Positions 51,601 to 57,600 of a DNA stretch of 64,000 nucleotides are shown here, piece after piece. How positions within the stretch are numbered: the first letter of the stretch is position 1; each line of letters begins with the position of its first letter. Position numbers and translations under genes: made by a program. The DNA comes from Macrostomum lignano (taxonomy: Eukaryota): NCBI GenBank assembly GCA_002269645.1, contig NIVC01000530.1:434001-498000 (forward strand), in the 5' to 3' direction. Under the pieces are notes generated by a model. It saw only the letters and a list, made by a program, of their open reading frames with translations, ran no database searches and was not told where the DNA came from.

Positions 51601-54600
51601 TTCCACTTAAACTGGTGCAGACTCTTAGATAGCTGTCTGTAGTAAACTCGCATGTCAGGTGAGACTCTCTCCCATGGATACGGAGGTGCGTACACATGGT
51701 GAGCAATGTGGTAGCTCCCCGCTCTGATTTGAACAACTGCCAACTCCTTCACAACAAATTTTTTGCTTGTGCTGTTGCACGGGAATCCTTGGAAGTCAAT
51801 GTAGTTCATGATGCAGCTTTCCTTCGAAAATTTCGGAGTCAGTCCACCTTCTTATATACTTTTCTGGCAGGCAATTTCAGCCAGGCTGTGTTGCTCCCGT
51901 ACCCCTTGACTAGACTCTCCTGTTCTTTCTCCAGTTCACCCCTCTGCTGGTTGCCATTTTCTTCTTAACTGATTTACCAACAGCGGAAAGCGGAACATTA
52001 AGCTTTTTCTGCTGCAGAAAATCGATGAACTCGTTCCACCCAACTGGTTCACGCTCACATGGCGAATCCCTCACTGTGTGCTGAATCAAGTCCAGTATGT
52101 TTGAGGAAGGGATTGACGTGCCTGCGATTTCCACCTCCCCGTTTTCACAAACTCGAATCAGCTCTGGATTGGTGGACAGGATCGTCCACAGACTGCGAGC
52201 CCTGGTTTTGAATTTCTGTGGCACCGACTTGCTGATCTTCTCTTCCCAGGTGCTTATCTGGGGTGTCTCTGTTTTCATCAACTTGGCTTCAGTATTGCGT
52301 GCTCCTTCTTTTCCAGCGTGCTTGCGCTTGGCCAGCAAACTTTGCATTGCACTTTGGTACATGGCGGTTTTCACATCTTCTGGACAATCCTCGGCATACA
52401 AGATGTCATCGCATTTCTTCTGAGCCTGCTTCAAGTCAGCTTCAGTGGTAGTCTCATTTGGCTTCAAATTCTGCATCAACATCTCATACTCTGCTTTAGG
52501 AATCAGAACCATTTCTGAAAATTTGTTCATTTTGCTTCTTCTTCTTTACCAGCTTAAGCAGAATCGGGAGTATTTTGATGAAGCCAGCCTTCAACAAGTC
52601 TGTCTTTCTTCTTTTGTGAGTAATTTTTCGAATTATCTCTTTTGACTTTGCAAGAACAGCTTTTTCATCGAGCGAAAACGATAGATTGTTTTGTAAGAGA
52701 TTATGGCAGGCCTCGACAAGAAAATAACGCACTTCTTTTGGACAATTTTTTATCAACAGCCGCTTGAAGCGCACGGTATATTTAGGTGACGCAAGAACCG
52801 CAAAAAACTTGCATATGAATCAAGCACTTCCATTGCGATGAAAACAATAGCTGATAAAAACAAGCTTCACTTTCTTAAGCAAATACAAGATGGGGTCGCT
52901 GGTTGGGCAGAATTCTGGCCCGCACTCGCAGCTCATCGGGAGTTGATGGTGAAAGTCTAGGAACAGGTAGGCTCCCCTGCCCTGCGCGGTCACGTGCTTG
53001 AACACTGACAGCAGAAAGCCGGGCTTCTCTGTAAAGCACTGCCTGCCCAGTGCTGCAATCTGCAGCTGGTCTCGGGGTTTTTCAAGATAGCTAAGTACAT
53101 TACATTCAAGCTCATTGTTCGCGACTCTTTTCCCTTGAAAAATATATTCTGAGTCAGCATCACCAAAAAGCACGGCAAGTGATGTGCGATTCCTGTGAAA
53201 AAATTTCGCATTGAAGCAGAGTTTGAAGTTTCCTCTATTAAGTCATCGAAAACAACCAGGTCATTGGGCCTAAGTGCTGCCTCGATGTTGGTGGGAAATC
53301 CCTGGCGCAGCTGCACACCTAGGCTGTTCAGTTCTGCATGGCCTGCCTGTGAGATCCCATAGTACCACAGAACTCTGCCAGGCTTCACATCAAACATGAC
53401 GTCTCTGTACTGGATCAGGTGTTCGACAAAGGTTGTTTTTCCTGCATTGGTGGGCCCGCAGACAATCATGCAGCTTCCCTGCCTGAGGCGGATATCGTAG
53501 CAAACTTGCTTTTCTCCCATGTTTAATGCATAAATATTAGAAATCACGGACATCTTTTTCTTAAGTTGGCTTCAAACCTCTGTAAGATTCTATCATTCAA
53601 ATGATTTTTCATTAGCATGCAAATGCTTCAAAATCCCCTCAAATGACCGATTGAACAGAAACTTTTGATAAGCAAAATAGATGCAAAACATTCCGCATTT
53701 ATTAGAGTTAGCACATTGAACTCTGTTTATATTGCTTCGGAGCCAAAAGCCAGTTGTTTTAATCTCTCGAAACAAATTATAAACCAAAGATAAAATTTCA
53801 GGTTCCCAGCCGAGGGAGTTGAACAACTCAATGCGATTTCCTTGCCCAACATAGCACACCACCCAGTGACCAAATGAGCCATTGTGCTGAAGTAGGACAA
53901 AAACAAACTTGTTTTCAAAGGAAATTGATGATCTAAATTTTCTTTTTACATTCAAGGGCAGAGAATTTTTATAGCGCAAATGTAAAGTAACTATGAGAAA
54001 TTTTTGGTAAGGCAAAAATTTTCTGGCGAGATTAAGTAGTTGAATTGCATCCATGTCAATTAAGAGGAATAGTCCAGCAAAAGCTCTCGTGCTTGGTGAC
54101 CTCAATCAGCGAGTCATACAGGCACATAGCAATCAGGGACACCGCTTCATTCAGAGCCTGTTGGAAGCGAATCTCCAGCCGCAGGTTGCCCTCCTTCTGT
54201 CCGTACCACAGAGCCGCTCCCTCGGGTGTGAGATCGAATGCAAACACCGTGGTGTTGTTGGAGAAGAGCTGGTAGGGGATCCACGGACCGAGTTTGTGTG
54301 GCTTGCAGATTGACAGCTTTTCAGGTAGTGCAAGTATTCTCTTACAAGGAATTGTTTTCAGGTGTGAAGGCGCCGTGGCACACGGTTTCCCCACCTTTCT
54401 TTAGAGCCAATCGGCTAAGGTTGAAGCTCTGGAACTGGAACGGGCTCGCGTGATGATGACCGTTGAATGCTCGGTGGCTCACGAAGGCCAGCATGATGAA
54501 CTTCGGCAATTTTCCATGAGTGAATCCTTCAATGTTTTTGACTGAATACCCTGGGTAGGATGAAGTTCTGCATTTCAGTTCGCTCGATGGGATACAGTGC

Positions 54601-57600
54601 ATTTTGGTTTGTCAGCCCCTGCTCATGGGCCAGGCTGATGTGGGGCATCACTTTGACTCGGCGAAGATGCAGAATGCTGTGAGAGATTTCCATTCGGTAT
54701 GCCGCGTTGTTTGCATTCGGGGTTCTGATGGCAAAGGCCCCATCGCTGGGGACCAGTTTGATGTGCAGGTGCAGATTGCTTAGCAGAAACACTGGGCACT
54801 GGAAAACATCGCTGAAGAGCGGCCCCGCATACTCCATCCATTGGGATTCCCTGTGGCTCTCCGTGTGCTCTTCAGCTGCCGAGTTCGGCTCCAGGAAGCC
54901 AGCAGGGTAAAGTTTTAGTTGCTGGGCATCGGATGAGCTCATTAGTGCTTTGAAGTACGCATGGTAGGGATAGAGCTGGTCTCCACCAGACACCACTCGC
55001 TGGTTAATGCTCACATTACATCTGAGAAGGCTGTAGACAGAACAAAATTTTCTGGGTGCACGTCACTGTCTCTGCGCTCGGTGATGATGCCATCTCCATC
55101 TCGAACATCCTCCTCAGCAAACCCCCATCCAGTCTCACAAGGCGGCAGCGAATATAAAGAAAAGAATTAAGCAGATCTGTATTCATCGGCAGATTGTGGC
55201 AGTCAAATTCAATGGGAGAGTTTGCAACAATGGAATTAACTGGGTGAATATCAACATAAGTAGCTTTTTCAATGCAGGTTTGTAGAACGGGCGTCTTAAA
55301 TAAATCAAGTCTGGGATTGAATCCGTAAGCCATGTCTATGACAGAGAGTCGAGCACGCGTTTCACAGTTTTCTTTGCTGACTTTTGCTTTCGCTTTCCTC
55401 CGCCTGCTCTATTCTTCTTTGCTTTCGTCTTCCTATTCTTAAGCTTTTTCCCACTAGCCTTGCTCGACCTCTTACTGCGATTTCCACCAGTTGCCTTTCG
55501 GGTGCCCTTCTTTTCTTCAATCGTTTCGGACTTGCTTCAGTATTTCTTTTGCGCCTGACGTTGCTAAGCGTCGAGGCTGATGATGATGATATAGCCGCTG
55601 GCGGAGGCTGGTATGTCATGATCCCTGGGAAGCTCCCACAGCCATAGAGTGCAGGCTTTTCGTGTCCTGTCCTCACCCCGAATATTGCTGGATTAGCTGC
55701 TGGTAGTTCATTGAATGCGTTTCTCCTGAATTTGAACTGTAAGCAGAACAGGGCTGTGAGTCTGTGCAATCAGTGGGCAACCATAGATGTCCGCAGCTGA
55801 ACTCGAATGCTGTGAAGAAGACTGATTCGTTGAATCGGGAAGAATATTGTTTTCTTAAATATTTTTGTTTGATAGTTGCCCCATTCAATGCCAGCTTTCA
55901 TTCCAACTGTTCTCAACAAGGAGCTCCAGTTGCAATTAGTTGACTCAACGATACTGCAGTGCACATTGATTAAGCTGGTGCGCGGGCAGCCAATGCAATG
56001 CTCGGATACGCGGCTCCCTGGCTGGATTTTCACAGCCTGGTTTCCAAATCCCAGCCAATGCAGAATTTTACTAGATGGAAGAAACAGCTCTGCTCTCGCA
56101 GTGTTGTTGTGCACCACAGTTCGTGAGTTGCGGATTTCGAACTTCATACCAAATTCCCTGTTGCCACTACGCCCCATCAGGCCGGACTCATCAGCCTCCA
56201 TCTCAGACTCCCTGTCACTCATTGCATCAAAGAACAGCGAATCAGAGTTGGCCAGCAGCTCATTCAGGCGCCACCAGCTCCTCCACTCTAGCAAAGCGTC
56301 CGGGTTGAAGAACCAGGGCCTCATGCTCTCTTCCATCTGAGACAGTGAAGCAGTAAGGCTCGTCAACATTGAACCATGCAGCAGGCAGATGGATTTCAGC
56401 CAGACCTGCCTCATAGTCCACATTTCGATCCAAGTAAATAGGTGAAGGCAGGTAAAAATTAAAGTCACTAGGAGTACCTTCAGCATGCTCACTGTTAATC
56501 AAAATAGTTCGCATTATAATCATAAACTACATGATGAGGGCTGTGCCAAAGCTAAACCTTTCTTAAGTCTTTTCATCCACCCAGCCAGTCGAGTCGTAGC
56601 CCGCCCATTTCACCAGATAGCGAATTTTTCCCTTCCGCTTCTCCGTTTTCAGGATCTTCTCAATCACATACAGCCGCTGTGAGTCCGGGACAGCCTGCAG
56701 CTCGTGCTCATGGAAGAGTCCTCGAATCTCTTGCCCCCGCATGTCTTTAATCTTGTACATGTAGGGATAATGTTTTGGGGCTCTGCTCACCACGGTGTAC
56801 ACTTCCTCACTCCAGCTCGCTTTGTATCCCTTTTTGAATATCCGTGGAGCATTGGAAATTCTCACTGACTGGTTTTCAGCGAACTTAGGCTTCTTTAATT
56901 TTTCTAGAGTCTCGACTGCTTTTCCATCGTACAGGTTCATCCACACTTCAGATTCATTCTCTTTGCAGACACTAGTGGGTGCCATTTTGATGCTTCTGTG
57001 GTAGGTATTGTTGTAGGATTTTACCAGCTTAGGCAGCACATCAAGCCAGTGCAGTGTGCTCTTGTAGGTGAAGTAGCGCCACATTCTACTTTTCAGAGTT
57101 CGATTCCATCGCTCAATGACAGCTGCCTTCTGCTCGCTGTTAGTTGGGAAAGCCAGAATCCCTCTGTCAATGCAGTATTGACGGAAAGTGGAGTTGATAA
57201 ATTCCTTCCCCTGATCTGTGCGAACTGTGCGTGGCTGGCGCTTTGAACTTCTCAGTATGCTCTCGAATGCTGACTTCACTTCTGCAGCAGATTTTTTTTC
57301 AGTGCCTTGGCCCAAGCACATTTTGAGAGCACGTCAATGCATGTGGAATATATTTGTAGCCTTTATTATGCTTTGCGAATGGAATCATTTCCACTAAGTC
57401 AAGTTCCCACTGATCATCGATTGCGCGCACTATGATTGGGGCCCTTGGATATCGCCTCCTAGCTGGCTTGTGCAGAGTGTGCACTGGCTGCTCGCTGAGC
57501 CACTGCTCAATGCTCTTTGCAGATATTCGATCACCTCTTTGCCTCACTTCATGCAGCAACTTTGAGGCACAAGAAAAACTAGCCGGTTGCTCAGGTTTCA

